34,488 nucleotides of DNA from Lentisphaeria bacterium (lineage in GTDB: Bacteria; Verrucomicrobiota; Lentisphaeria; Oligosphaerales; Oligosphaeraceae). The notes under the pieces were generated by a model. The model made no database searches, had not been told where the DNA came from, and saw nothing but the letters and a program-made list of their open reading frames with translations. Made by a program: the position numbers and the translations under genes. Where the stretch lies: the NCBI GenBank assembly GCA_045606125.1, contig JAZURH010000342.1, positions 1 through 34,488 on the forward strand, written 5' to 3'. This document shows, piece by piece, positions 25,240 to 34,223 of this stretch (within the stretch, counting starts at the first letter, position 1; each line of letters starts with the position of its first letter).

Positions 25240-26202
25240 CTAATTTTTAGTTTCCTGCGCTATTTTTCTTACTGTCCTTGTTGACGCTCCTGTTGCTGTA
25301 CAAATGTCCTTTACAGCAAAATTATTCAGAAGCATACGCCTTATTATAAAATGCTTCTCCTCGATTCTTCCCTCAGTCCTTCCTTCAGTCCTTCCTTCGG
25401 CTCTTCCTTCAGCTCTTCCTTCGGCTCTTCCCATTGCTTTAAATTGCTCTACTGCCTTGCACATTTCTATTTTTCCTCCCCTTTCATCATTTACAATGTT
25501 GCATCCCAGACAAACATTAAGCACATCAACAGCCTCTTTACTGAGAACCACTCCAGGAGTTTCCTGCTCCATTTCATGACTGATCAAAACTGCGTTATCC
25601 TGATTGCAAAAGAAATTTACCACGGCTTTCAATTCCTCGCAACTTAATTTTTCCCTTTTTTCATGAAGGTCACTCATTTCCAGAACCGTAATCCTGTAAT
25701 CGTTAATAAACGGCCTGAGCGCCTCATCAAACTGAGAATACATTTGCATCAGATTTGTCTTATGACGCCATTTTCGTCTGCCTATGTTAATCACCAGATT
25801 CACAATTGGGGGAATGCCATGCCTTCTTTTTCCTTCTGACTTTTTAAGCTGGGCCATATATGTTCTGGCATCATACTCCATCATGCGCATTACCATTTCC
25901 TCATCACTGCGGGATTGCAATTCAACTCCTAAAATCAGGTAATTTGTGCCGCCGTCAGTATGCATGCCAGCCTGAAACAGCAAATCCCGGAAAAGATTAT
26001 CCGTAACTCCTTCAAGTTCTTTTTTTTCAGAACTGCTTTTTTTCTTTTTATGCAATATTCTCAGCAGTTCCGTCCTTATTTCTCTGAGCTTTCCGGGTTT
26101 AATTCTCTGCTTTCCATCAAAGAGCAGAAAATTAAACAAATCTGCAACGATTTCCTTTCTGTTAAAGAATAATCTTGCAGCTGTATCTTTTTCTGATGTC
26201 AT
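25240..26202 (-). CDS. Rpn/YhgA-like recombination-promoting nuclease / putative transposase (PD-(D/E)XK family)
   Basis: The N-terminus is KEIVADLFNFLLFDGKQRIKPGKL. The core reads NYLILGVELQSRSDEEMVMRMMEYDARTY...PPIVNLVINIGRRKWRHKTNL...LRPFINDYRITVLEMSDL. The C-terminus has a (GRxE)6 repeat followed by an HTH-like tail, DICTATGASTRTVRKIAQ. The gene is visibly more AT-rich than its neighbours. Confidence 0.8.
   Translation of the reverse strand: MTSEKDTAARLFFNRKEIVADLFNFLLFDGKQRIKPGKLREIRTELLRILHKKKKSSSEKKELEGVTDNLFRDLLFQAGMHTDGGTNYLILGVELQSRSDEEMVMRMMEYDARTYMAQLKKSEGKRRHGIPPIVNLVINIGRRKWRHKTNLMQMYSQFDEALRPFINDYRITVLEMSDLHEKREKLSCEELKAVVNFFCNQDNAVLISHEMEQETPGVVLSKEAVDVLNVCLGCNIVNDERGGKIEMCKAVEQFKAMGRAEGRAEGRAEGRTEGRTEGRIEEKHFIIRRMLLNNFAVKDICTATGASTRTVRKIAQETKN
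25360..25431 (-). repeat. 12-bp tandem repeat x6 inside the Rpn gene, encoding GRAE-GRAE-GRAE-GRTE-GRTE-GRIE
   Basis: Read directly on the minus strand: gga aga gcc gaa / gga aga gct gaa / gga aga gcc gaa / gga agg act gaa / gga agg act gag / gga aga atc gag. Confidence 0.9.
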
Positions 26203-26550
26203 AAATATAACCCCTCTTTTTGCTGAATAAAAATGATAAATGGATTTTAATATCCAGTTAGAGAATTTACAATATCTTTTTAAGATTTCAAGAAAAGATA
26301 TTATTTTTTCTAATTATGAATACAAAAAGAAGAGCACATCCATCCTCAAAAACATACAAAGAATACCGAACTGTCTGAAACTGCACCTTGTACTAAGCCC
26401 ACATCAGAAACACTGCAGCTTCATGATTTAAAAAAAGGCATACCGGGGCTGCACTTTCAATCATGCGCCCCACTGCAGTCAATACGCAACAACACATCCC
26501 GGGACAGGAAGCAGCCCTGGTTATAAAAATCAGAAAACAAATATATACTA

Positions 26551-28896
26551 CTACACAAATATACGGCAATTTGTCTCAATTATCGGACATTCCTCCAGGG
26601 GTGTTACTATTGGTTTTGTTTCCGCCGGATGTTTGATTTCCAGATAAATGCCGTCTTGTCTTCTATCCCAGTGTACATATATATTTCCGTATGGCGTTGG
26701 CATTTCTCCGGAAGCTTCAGGCAATCCTGCGGTGTATGGTGAGACTTTGAATGTCCTGAAACCAGGTTCCACCGGTGTTATTCCCAGTATTACGCTGCGG
26801 CAGAAAAATGGCATTATGCTTGCCCAGCCATGACACAGGCTGCCCGCCGCCTCAAAGTCACTTGCGCCGTATTTTGTTTCCCAGAGAGTTGAGCTTGATT
26901 CAAGGGCCATAGGTTCGATACTGCTGCGCAGTTCATCAGCCAATATACTGCGTGCCTCGGCACCGCATGAAACAAGACCCTTGATAAGATAGTGCATCAC
27001 GGGCAGTTCGCAGGGACTCAGGGGGCCGTCCTTGAAAAGTTTAACAAGGTCCTTTTTCTTTTCCGGTGGAACAAGACCGTTTGCCAGCATTATGGCCTGC
27101 ACATGACCGTAAAATTCATCCTTTTCCTCCATGGAATGAGCATATCCCTTTCCGGCAGGATCCCAGAAGAGCCTTTCTATTGTTTCAGCCAGATCCTTCG
27201 CCTTATCCTTCAGGTACTTGCTTCGTGCTGTATTTCCCATGTTCTCATGCATTTCAGCTGCGGTAATAATCGCTTCCAGCAGATATATGTTATACGGTGC
27301 CTGGCCATTGCCTTCAGAGAACTGCAGGCCATTGTTCCATTCGCAGAAGTTCCAGTAATTCTTGCTCTTCCCCGGATGATAAAGGCCATTGAACTTTTCA
27401 TCCGGCGTATCAAGCGCCCTGTCCAGTATAATATCGACTCTTTCATGCCATTTCCTGAACAGATCGTCTTTTCCGCTGTAAAGCCAGTGCTCCCTCAATG
27501 CAGGGATCCATACCATTGTGAATATGGGAATGCGCCTTCCTGAGTGTCCTCCCGGCGATGTTATATACAGATATCCATCCCCGTCAAAATTAGCTCCCAT
27601 CAGATCCAGGCAGTTTTCCGCAAAGTCATAGTTGCCCCAAAGAGAATAGCCATACAGGATCTGGTTGCGGGAATCATATGCGTACATTGACTGCTCCCGC
27701 CAGGGGGTGTCTTCATAATGCTCATGCATACAGAGCTTCAGGGTATATGCCGATTTGCTGTTTATATGAAGCAGGAGTTTGTCGTCGCAGGTGAATGTGC
27801 TTTCCTGCGGCAGCGGCAGTTCCAATGGAATTATCCCCGCATTCCGCAGTTTCAAACCGCTGCTGCAATTTGTAAAATGCAGCTCCAGATAGCGTCCTGA
27901 AATGCGCCTGTGCGGATGCATATATATGTTTGCTCCTTCTCTGCAGATGTATCTGTCAGCGAAATTTCTCAGTCCCACATAGCTTCTTACACGTCCGTCT
28001 TCCAAATGTTCGCCATAACAGATGTCAATAACGGTACCTTCAGGAGCATCCAGGTCCAGGAATACATATCCGCATGTTTCCCTCTGCATGTCCACGATGA
28101 CATATGTTCCGTCCGTTTTTTCCGGACATGGATTTATTTCAAACTCAAAGGAGCCATCCATTGCGATCTTGCTGCGCAGGTATCCGTGCTTGAAATATTT
28201 TTCCGGCAATTTAAGGAAGAAATCTTTTTCACGCCTTGGCGCCATGAAATCATTGAACGCTGTTTCAGCAAATGATTCGTAGTCTTTTTGGCGCACCAGG
28301 TATCCCATCTGGCAAAATTCACCTTCCGTCAGTTTAACTTCTCTGAGCTGCGGGATCTTCCGCATTGACAATTTCGGTCCGGAATCGGTAAAAATGGCAT
28401 TATTCCAGGAATCATCGTTGTAGTCCGGTGATATCCAGTTGTCCGCCTTTCTTGCATCGTACTCAAATACAAACCCCAGTTGGCTTGTCACTTTATGACA
28501 CAGCCCAGTTGTGTACTCATGGGATATGTCCCAGCGCCAGTCTGCTTCAGCACAGGACAGGACCTTGCCGTCAGCAAATATTTCGCACATGAAATATGGT
28601 TCAGCCGCAGCTATGGTGGAAAAATCCATTCCGGCATAGTGTATCTCAACTGCAATTACATTGTTGCCTTTGTGCAGCAGGTCTTCTATTTGCAGCTCCG
28701 ATATGGTACCTTCACCCTTGATGTCCGCCAGCTGTCCTGCCTGGAGCCTGGTTCCGTTAACGAATGCGGCAAATGTCGTTTCAGCAGAGATGTTCAGAAC
28801 GGCCTGCCCGATGCCGTCCCAGATGAAATGTCTTCTGAAGCGAATATAGCTGTCTTTTTCAAATTGTTGTCCCGTAGTAATGAATCTGCTGCACAT
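26551..28896 (-). CDS. GH78-like alpha-L-rhamnosidase-family six-hairpin glycoside hydrolase (cytoplasmic)
   Basis: The N-terminal beta-sandwich pattern is AVLNISAETTFAAFVNGTRL...LLHKGNNVIAVEIHY. Catalytic-domain patterns are TPWREQSMYAYDSRNQILYGYSLWGNYDFAENCLDLM and TLWETKYGASDFEAAGSLCHGWASIMPFFCRSVILGITPVEPGFRTFKVSP. No signal peptide. Confidence 0.65.
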   Translation of the reverse strand: MCSRFITTGQQFEKDSYIRFRRHFIWDGIGQAVLNISAETTFAAFVNGTRLQAGQLADIKGEGTISELQIEDLLHKGNNVIAVEIHYAGMDFSTIAAAEPYFMCEIFADGKVLSCAEADWRWDISHEYTTGLCHKVTSQLGFVFEYDARKADNWISPDYNDDSWNNAIFTDSGPKLSMRKIPQLREVKLTEGEFCQMGYLVRQKDYESFAETAFNDFMAPRREKDFFLKLPEKYFKHGYLRSKIAMDGSFEFEINPCPEKTDGTYVIVDMQRETCGYVFLDLDAPEGTVIDICYGEHLEDGRVRSYVGLRNFADRYICREGANIYMHPHRRISGRYLELHFTNCSSGLKLRNAGIIPLELPLPQESTFTCDDKLLLHINSKSAYTLKLCMHEHYEDTPWREQSMYAYDSRNQILYGYSLWGNYDFAENCLDLMGANFDGDGYLYITSPGGHSGRRIPIFTMVWIPALREHWLYSGKDDLFRKWHERVDIILDRALDTPDEKFNGLYHPGKSKNYWNFCEWNNGLQFSEGNGQAPYNIYLLEAIITAAEMHENMGNTARSKYLKDKAKDLAETIERLFWDPAGKGYAHSMEEKDEFYGHVQAIMLANGLVPPEKKKDLVKLFKDGPLSPCELPVMHYLIKGLVSCGAEARSILADELRSSIEPMALESSSTLWETKYGASDFEAAGSLCHGWASIMPFFCRSVILGITPVEPGFRTFKVSPYTAGLPEASGEMPTPYGNIYVHWDRRQDGIYLEIKHPAETKPIVTPLEECPIIETNCRIFV

Positions 28897-29174
28897 TTTA
28901 ACGCTCCGCCATTCAATAGATGAGTTGTCTATCTATGATGAGCGTAATTTAAATAGAAGAGCACTACAATCAATGGGGAAGTTATGGTTTTAGGCATTTT
29001 TAATGTTTTTTGCGAAATTCTGATACTAATGCCCAGACACCAAAGTGCTCTAAAATGGAACTTGTTTAAAAATAAATGTGCCGGCCTTTCGTCAAAAGCA
29101 GATGGCAATTATGTCAAATATTGCAAAACATGTTCAAGTTCCATTTTTAACTGCTGTTTTTTAAAAAACTGTTG

Positions 29175-29203
29175 TTGAAAAAGAAATCGACAAATAGTAT
29201 AAT
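29175..29203 (+). promoter_or_regulatory. Near-consensus sigma70-type promoter for the GH99-like gene
   Basis: TTGAAA (29175-29180), a 17-nt spacer, then TATAAT (29198-29203). It lies about 100 nt upstream of ATG 29303. Confidence 0.45.
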
Positions 29204-29302
29204 AGTCTCCGTTGCGATATGTTTTGGCTGGTAGCCCCTTGCCATATATTTATTTTGCAGCACATTTTCCGTAAGCGCAGTTTTTTTTGCAATGGAGTAA
29301 AA

Positions 29303-30931
29303 ATGAAAACTCAGATGTCCGGATATGATTATGTTCCCGAGCCCGTACCGGTGAAAAGTTCCATTGAGATTTCAGCTTTTTATTATCCCGGCACGGAGCA
29401 GATGGCCGAATGGGATCAGGTGGATCAGGTCATGCCCCACATAAAGCCTCTTCTCGGATGGTATGACGAAAGCAATCCGGAGGTTGTGGACTGGCAGATA
29501 AAGTGGGCCGTGGAACATGGCATATCAAGTTTCTGCGTGGACTGGTACTGGAACCGTGGAGATCAGCGTCTTGATCACTGGGTGAAGGCATTTTACAAGG
29601 CAAAATACCGCAAATACCTCAAATGGTACATGATGTATGCCAACCACAACAATGTGGGATCCCATTCAACTGAAGACCAGATAAAACTGACTCAGTTCTG
29701 GATAGACAATTACTTCATGACACCTGAATACTACAAGACGGAAGACGGGCGCCCGGTGGTCGTCCTCTGGTCCTGGGACATGATAGACAAGGACTTTGTA
29801 AACGAAGCAAAGGAACGCGGTGAAGTCCTGCAGCCCGGCGAAGGAGTAAAACGTGCATTAAAACTCAGTGACGACATGGCCAAAGCAGCAGGCCTGCCCG
29901 GCATTTGCTTCGTGGATATATACAAAAGCAGAACCTACGAGCAGTGGCTTGTCGACAGAGCGAGGAATGCCGGATACGAGGCCCAGAGTGTATACAATTT
30001 TGATGCAGGTGCATATTTCATTGCAGAAGATTGCCGCAAACCGGATGATACTCCCGCCTCATTTTCATACGATCTCGTCATTGAAGCCTCCAAACGCTGG
30101 TGGAATATGACTTCACTGGACAAATCATTTCCGCTGTGGCCCATCCTGCCTACAGGATGGAATGACAAGCCCAGATCATTTCAGAACGCACGGGTCGTGC
30201 ATGGCAGGACACCTGAGAAATTCCGCGAAATATGCCGCAACTGCAAGGATTTCTGCGAGAAAAACGGTTTTAAAAAAATCATTACCGCTCCGCTGAATGA
30301 ATGGCAGGAGGGCAGCTATATCGAACCCAACCAGGAATTTGGCTTCGGTATGTACGACGCCATAAGGGATGTGTTCTGCGATAAGCCGGAGGGAGGCTTC
30401 CCTCCAAATGTGACGCCAGCCGAACTTGGTCTGGGACCATACGACTATCCGCCCATGGTCCGTCCTGCAACAACAGAATGGGATTTTTCAGAGAATGTAC
30501 AGGGATGGTACAGAAATCCCTTCGGCACGGCCTATCTGAGAATAATTGACAAGGCACTGCATTTTTTCAAAAGCCATCCGGACAAAGCGGCGCTGCGCAT
30601 AAGGCTGACTCCTTTTGCAGCAGAGGATTTTTCGCATTTCAAGATTTTCATGCGCGTGACTCCCAATCCGGATTCACCGACCAAACCCTCCGGAAATGAA
30701 AAGATGACCCTTTTATGGGGAACAACGGACATTCCATTGATCAAGCCGGACATTACCCTGGAGGAAGAATCATCTGTCAGCATTCCCGTCACCCTGGATG
30801 GAGAATGGCATGAATATGCCCTTGATGTGACTGGAAACCCAAACTGGAAAGGACAGGTGAATGAAGTATGGTTCGATCCTGTCAATCTCACTCAATGCTA
30901 TGTTGACATAAAGTGGATGGCATTCCGCTGA
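29303..30931 (+). CDS. GH99-like / WbsX-family glycoside hydrolase-like protein with a C-terminal beta-sandwich (CBM-like) module
   Basis: The N-terminal block is ISAFYYPGTEQMAEWDQV...LLGWYDESNPEVVDWQIKWAVEHGISSFCVDWYWNRGDQRLDHWV, matching the WbsX/GH99-like pattern. I prefer the start at MKTQMSG (ATG 29303, GGAG upstream) because the listed 28-aa extension is hydrophobic and basic junk downstream of the predicted promoter. No signal peptide. Confidence 0.65.
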   Translation: MKTQMSGYDYVPEPVPVKSSIEISAFYYPGTEQMAEWDQVDQVMPHIKPLLGWYDESNPEVVDWQIKWAVEHGISSFCVDWYWNRGDQRLDHWVKAFYKAKYRKYLKWYMMYANHNNVGSHSTEDQIKLTQFWIDNYFMTPEYYKTEDGRPVVVLWSWDMIDKDFVNEAKERGEVLQPGEGVKRALKLSDDMAKAAGLPGICFVDIYKSRTYEQWLVDRARNAGYEAQSVYNFDAGAYFIAEDCRKPDDTPASFSYDLVIEASKRWWNMTSLDKSFPLWPILPTGWNDKPRSFQNARVVHGRTPEKFREICRNCKDFCEKNGFKKIITAPLNEWQEGSYIEPNQEFGFGMYDAIRDVFCDKPEGGFPPNVTPAELGLGPYDYPPMVRPATTEWDFSENVQGWYRNPFGTAYLRIIDKALHFFKSHPDKAALRIRLTPFAAEDFSHFKIFMRVTPNPDSPTKPSGNEKMTLLWGTTDIPLIKPDITLEEESSVSIPVTLDGEWHEYALDVTGNPNWKGQVNEVWFDPVNLTQCYVDIKWMAFR

Positions 30932-30974
30932 ACAGCTTCAGTGACGAATAAAAAGATGCTTCGCCCGCCTTCCC

Positions 30975-32396
30975 TCAGTCCAATATTTTGTGGGCAATGG
31001 AGAAGTATACAAACAGGGCGAACACATCCACTATGGTTGTGATCATGGGGCTTGCCATCAGGGCCGGGTCAAATTTGAACTTCTTTGCTATCATTGGCAG
31101 CAGGCATCCTGTCAGCTTGGCGAATATTATCACTATCATAAGTGTCACGTTCACTATTATGACGATGGGCAGCGACAGGTCTTTCGTGAAGATCAGCATG
31201 CGCATTATATTGGCCAGACACAGCAGCAGTCCCACTGTAGCTCCGACCCTGATCTCCTTCCAGGCTATCAGCAGCCAGTTTTCAAGTTCAACTTCGCCTA
31301 CCGCCATGCCTCGTATAACAAGGGTCGAAGCCTGGGCTCCGCAGTTTCCACCGGTTCCCATAAGCGTGGAGAAGAAGCTGGCAAGGATGACATGGGACGC
31401 AAACAGGTCATTGAAATGAGTTATAATACATTCTGTGAATGTTGCAGACGCCATAAGCAATAGAAGCCATACTATCCTGTTGCGTGCAAGAGTAAAGATC
31501 CCGGTTTTTATATATTCGTCCTCCGATGGGCGAAGGGCCGACATCTTTTCGAAGTCTTCAGTGTTTTCTGCCTCGATCACGTCCACGATATCGTCAATGG
31601 TGATAATTCCCACGACGCGCTCCTCTCTATCCACCACAGGCATGGCAATCAGGTCGTATTCCTTGAACTTGGCGGCCACTTCTTCCTGGTCCTCCAGTGT
31701 GCCGGCAAATATGACCGGGGTAGTCATAATGTCCTTGATAAGAACATTTTCATTGCTCAAAAGTATTGTCCTGAGGGACAGGACTCCCAGCAGCTTGCGG
31801 CCCGGTCCAACAGCATAGCAGTTGTATATAGTTTCCTTGCGCCTTCCCTGTTTCCGTATATGCGAAAGAGCTTCAGCCACCGTCATGGACTCTCGAAGTA
31901 TTATATATTCCACCGTCATCAGACTGCCGGCACTGTTTGGCGGATAGTTCAGTATTGAATTCAACTGCTCCCTTTTGTCTTTTGTGCATTGAGACAGCAG
32001 TTCCTCCACCAGGTTTGCAGGAAGTTCATCCAATACATCAACAGCATCATCCACAGCCAGATCCTGGAACATTTTCATAAAGTCCTGCTTGATCCTGTCC
32101 GTGTTCCGGGGTGATTCAAGGGACTTAACAATCTGGAGCCTTATGGCGCTGTCCACATAGGTAAATATTCCGGCTGCAGTGTCTTTCGGGAATGTCCTGA
32201 ATACAGTTATCTGCTGTTCCGGTGTAAGATACTCCAAAGCCTTGGCAGCGTCCACATAATTCATCGACTCTATGACCTGCCGCAGTCCCCTGAGATTATT
32301 TTCCGCTGAAAGTTCTTCCAGGATTTTTTCCATTTCACTGGAAATACCAGCGTCAATATCACCAACGATAGAGTTAATATTTATTTCAATGTCCAT
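30975..32396 (-). CDS. mgtE: Magnesium transporter MgtE
   Basis: The MgtE N-domain reads LTPEQQITVFRTFPKDTAAGIFTYVDS. A CBS pair reads AGSLMTVEYIILRESMTVAEAL... and IKDIMTTPVIFAGTLEDQEEVAAKFKEYDLIAMPVVDREERVVGIITIDDIVDVI. The TM domain contains GTGGNCGAQASTLVIRGMAVGEV. I prefer the start at MDIEINI (ATG 32396). Confidence 0.9.
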   Translation of the reverse strand: MDIEININSIVGDIDAGISSEMEKILEELSAENNLRGLRQVIESMNYVDAAKALEYLTPEQQITVFRTFPKDTAAGIFTYVDSAIRLQIVKSLESPRNTDRIKQDFMKMFQDLAVDDAVDVLDELPANLVEELLSQCTKDKREQLNSILNYPPNSAGSLMTVEYIILRESMTVAEALSHIRKQGRRKETIYNCYAVGPGRKLLGVLSLRTILLSNENVLIKDIMTTPVIFAGTLEDQEEVAAKFKEYDLIAMPVVDREERVVGIITIDDIVDVIEAENTEDFEKMSALRPSEDEYIKTGIFTLARNRIVWLLLLMASATFTECIITHFNDLFASHVILASFFSTLMGTGGNCGAQASTLVIRGMAVGEVELENWLLIAWKEIRVGATVGLLLCLANIMRMLIFTKDLSLPIVIIVNVTLMIVIIFAKLTGCLLPMIAKKFKFDPALMASPMITTIVDVFALFVYFSIAHKILD

Positions 32397-32664
32397 GTTT
32401 TCACCAATATCATCTGAACAGAAGTTAAAACAAATCGCATTCAGCCACACAGCATAGTTTGCCGTATCTTAATCTTCAGCTGTATTTAATGCAACTGGGA
32501 ACAGAATCGCTACTGTGCTGTGAGCGACTGTCCGGAACCTTCTGATGATGATATAGATTCAAACGCATTTTATGGCTTCCTTGAAAAAACTGCCATAATT
32601 TATCAATATATATTGAAAATCAATACGCCTACGAATAAAGCAGACGCAAAAAAGAAATGCTTAA

Positions 32665-32695
32665 CATGGCGGCAGTCACATGAACAGCCGCCATG
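32665..32695 (-). terminator. Possible terminator hairpin after the flavin-reductase/rubredoxin gene
   Basis: Perfect 9-bp arms, CATGGCGGC (32665-32673) and GCCGCCATG (32687-32695). On the minus strand the T6 run (32653..32648) lies 11 nt downstream, which is not canonical spacing. Confidence 0.35.
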
Positions 32696-32709
32696 GATAA
32701 TATCAATTA

Positions 32710-33516
32710 TTATGCAGGGGAGAAGTTGTCCTTGCTCACTCCGCATACAGGGCAGGTCCAGTCGTCCGGCAGCTGTTCAAAAGGTGTTCCGGCTGGAATG
32801 CCGTGCTGCGGATCTCCCTTTGCCGGATCATATTCCACTTTGCAGATGTTGCAGACGTATTTGCCGCCGTTTCCGGAAGCAGCCGGTTTTGCTGAGGCTG
32901 CGGGGGCTACACCTTCCTGTTTTACAAAATCCGATGCCGGATGCTTGCAGAGGGGACAAATGAAATCCGCCGGCAATTCATCGCCTTCGTAGACATAACC
33001 GCAGATGGTGCACACATAGCCGCTGCCGGATGCCGCTGCAGGCTTCGGCTTTACATTTGCATGATAATAGGCGTATGTCATTGAAGGATCCGTCGACAGT
33101 TCCTGGGCCTCGGTGACTTTGCAGATGAACATTCCATGGGTTCCAAGATCCTGATAGGATTTCACTTCCAGAGATATGAAAGCATTGCAGTTTCCTGTAA
33201 GCACGGGAAGACCGTTAGCTGAACGCAGGAAATTCACATTCTCCATTTTATCCATATCCCGGCCGCTGTGAAAACCGAACTTTTCAAACAGGGTGAAAGG
33301 GGCCTTTTCAGACAGAATGTTCACATTCATCTTCCCGGTCTTGAGTATCATTCCGTGGGAAAAATTGGCCTTGTTGATGGATATGGCATACAAATCATCA
33401 GACACCTGCATGAATGTATTGCATATCATGCCGTTGTCCTTTTCCCCATCGGTTGCGGTCACTACAAAAAGGCCGTAACTGATCTTCCACAGGGCTGATT
33501 TTTCTATGTTACCCAT
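32710..33516 (-). CDS. High-molecular-weight rubredoxin-type protein: flavin-reductase-like domain plus two rubredoxin modules
   Basis: The flavin-reductase-like N-domain reads [28 protein letters not shown] short rubrerythrin-type CxxC...CxxC module reads [32 protein letters not shown] canonical rubredoxin reads [46 protein letters not shown]. Ala/Gly/Ser/Pro linkers join them. Confidence 0.85.
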   Translation of the reverse strand: MGNIEKSALWKISYGLFVVTATDGEKDNGMICNTFMQVSDDLYAISINKANFSHGMILKTGKMNVNILSEKAPFTLFEKFGFHSGRDMDKMENVNFLRSANGLPVLTGNCNAFISLEVKSYQDLGTHGMFICKVTEAQELSTDPSMTYAYYHANVKPKPAAASGSGYVCTICGYVYEGDELPADFICPLCKHPASDFVKQEGVAPAASAKPAASGNGGKYVCNICKVEYDPAKGDPQHGIPAGTPFEQLPDDWTCPVCGVSKDNFSPA

Positions 33517-33569
33517 TATGTAATCTCCTTCTTCAACGAACAGTAAGTTGTTTCTTCACAGCAGGTTGT

Positions 33570-34223
33570 TTATTCCAAAATAAGGCTCTGGAAACGATCC
33601 GGCTGATGGTAGTTGGTAATTGTGAGCGGCGCCCATGTGATCCAGTGGGGATGGCTTGTCTTGTCCGCGCACTTATAGAAATTGGCTGTCCATTCCATGT
33701 TGTTCAGAGAGCCTATCTTTCCGCAATAAGGTTCAATAGCCTCAATGGGAATGGTGAACATGACCTGCCAGTTGACCGGCTCTGTGATCTCAGGCTCGAT
33801 GATATGGGGCATGGTGGTCTTCACTGTGATGAGATTGCCATATTCCGGGGAAACTTTGTAGTATTCCTTGAAACCATGGTCCGTGCGGGTCCAATCCGCC
33901 ACATAGTAGAACAGATAGGCTCCGCCTACGCTCATTTCAAGATTGAAGTATCCGGGACCAACAGAGGGCTTGAAGAAGAATTCCACACATGTATCACAGC
34001 AGACGCTGTCCTGATATGTGGTGGCAACTGCCCTTACATAACGGTCTTCACCGCAGAAGAGACCATAAATGTTCGTGTCATCATGAAGCAGCCTGAGAGT
34101 GGTCTTCGGATGATGATCGCTGCTCTTGGGGCATACATTTACCAGTTCGGCCACTTCTGCCGAAGCAAAATCTGATTCCCTGAACAAAGGTGCCTTTGCT
34201 GTGCGGCGGACTATGTACTGCAT
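33570..34223 (-). CDS. CBM9-like / DOMON-like carbohydrate-binding family 9 protein, cytoplasmic
   Basis: The pattern is TTLRLLHDDTNIYGLFCGEDRYVRA...DTCVEFFFKP..GPGYFNLEMSVGG...WQVMFTIPIEAI...EWTANFYKCADKTSHPHWITWAPL...YHQPDRFQSLIL, typical of family-9-like binding modules. No signal peptide. Confidence 0.55.
   Translation of the reverse strand: MQYIVRRTAKAPLFRESDFASAEVAELVNVCPKSSDHHPKTTLRLLHDDTNIYGLFCGEDRYVRAVATTYQDSVCCDTCVEFFFKPSVGPGYFNLEMSVGGAYLFYYVADWTRTDHGFKEYYKVSPEYGNLITVKTTMPHIIEPEITEPVNWQVMFTIPIEAIEPYCGKIGSLNNMEWTANFYKCADKTSHPHWITWAPLTITNYHQPDRFQSLILE

Noticed and set aside
25360-25431. Short tandem repeats as a CRISPR or mini-array
   Set aside because: The period is 12 bp with no spacers, it is in frame within the Rpn CDS, and it encodes (GRxE)6. 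This is a coding microsatellite.
26437-26500. Terminator for the GH78-like gene
   Set aside because: Only short (5-6 bp) imperfect GC stems are present (GGGGC/GCCCC, CTGCA/TGCAG), and the T-run lies about 10 nt away. That is too weak to call.
32397-32709. M-box (ykoK) Mg2+ riboswitch upstream of mgtE
   Set aside because: I could not find the conserved GTTAGGTGAGG or CTAAAGCTCTACG-type core elements on the mgtE strand. A covariance-model scan is still needed for certainty.
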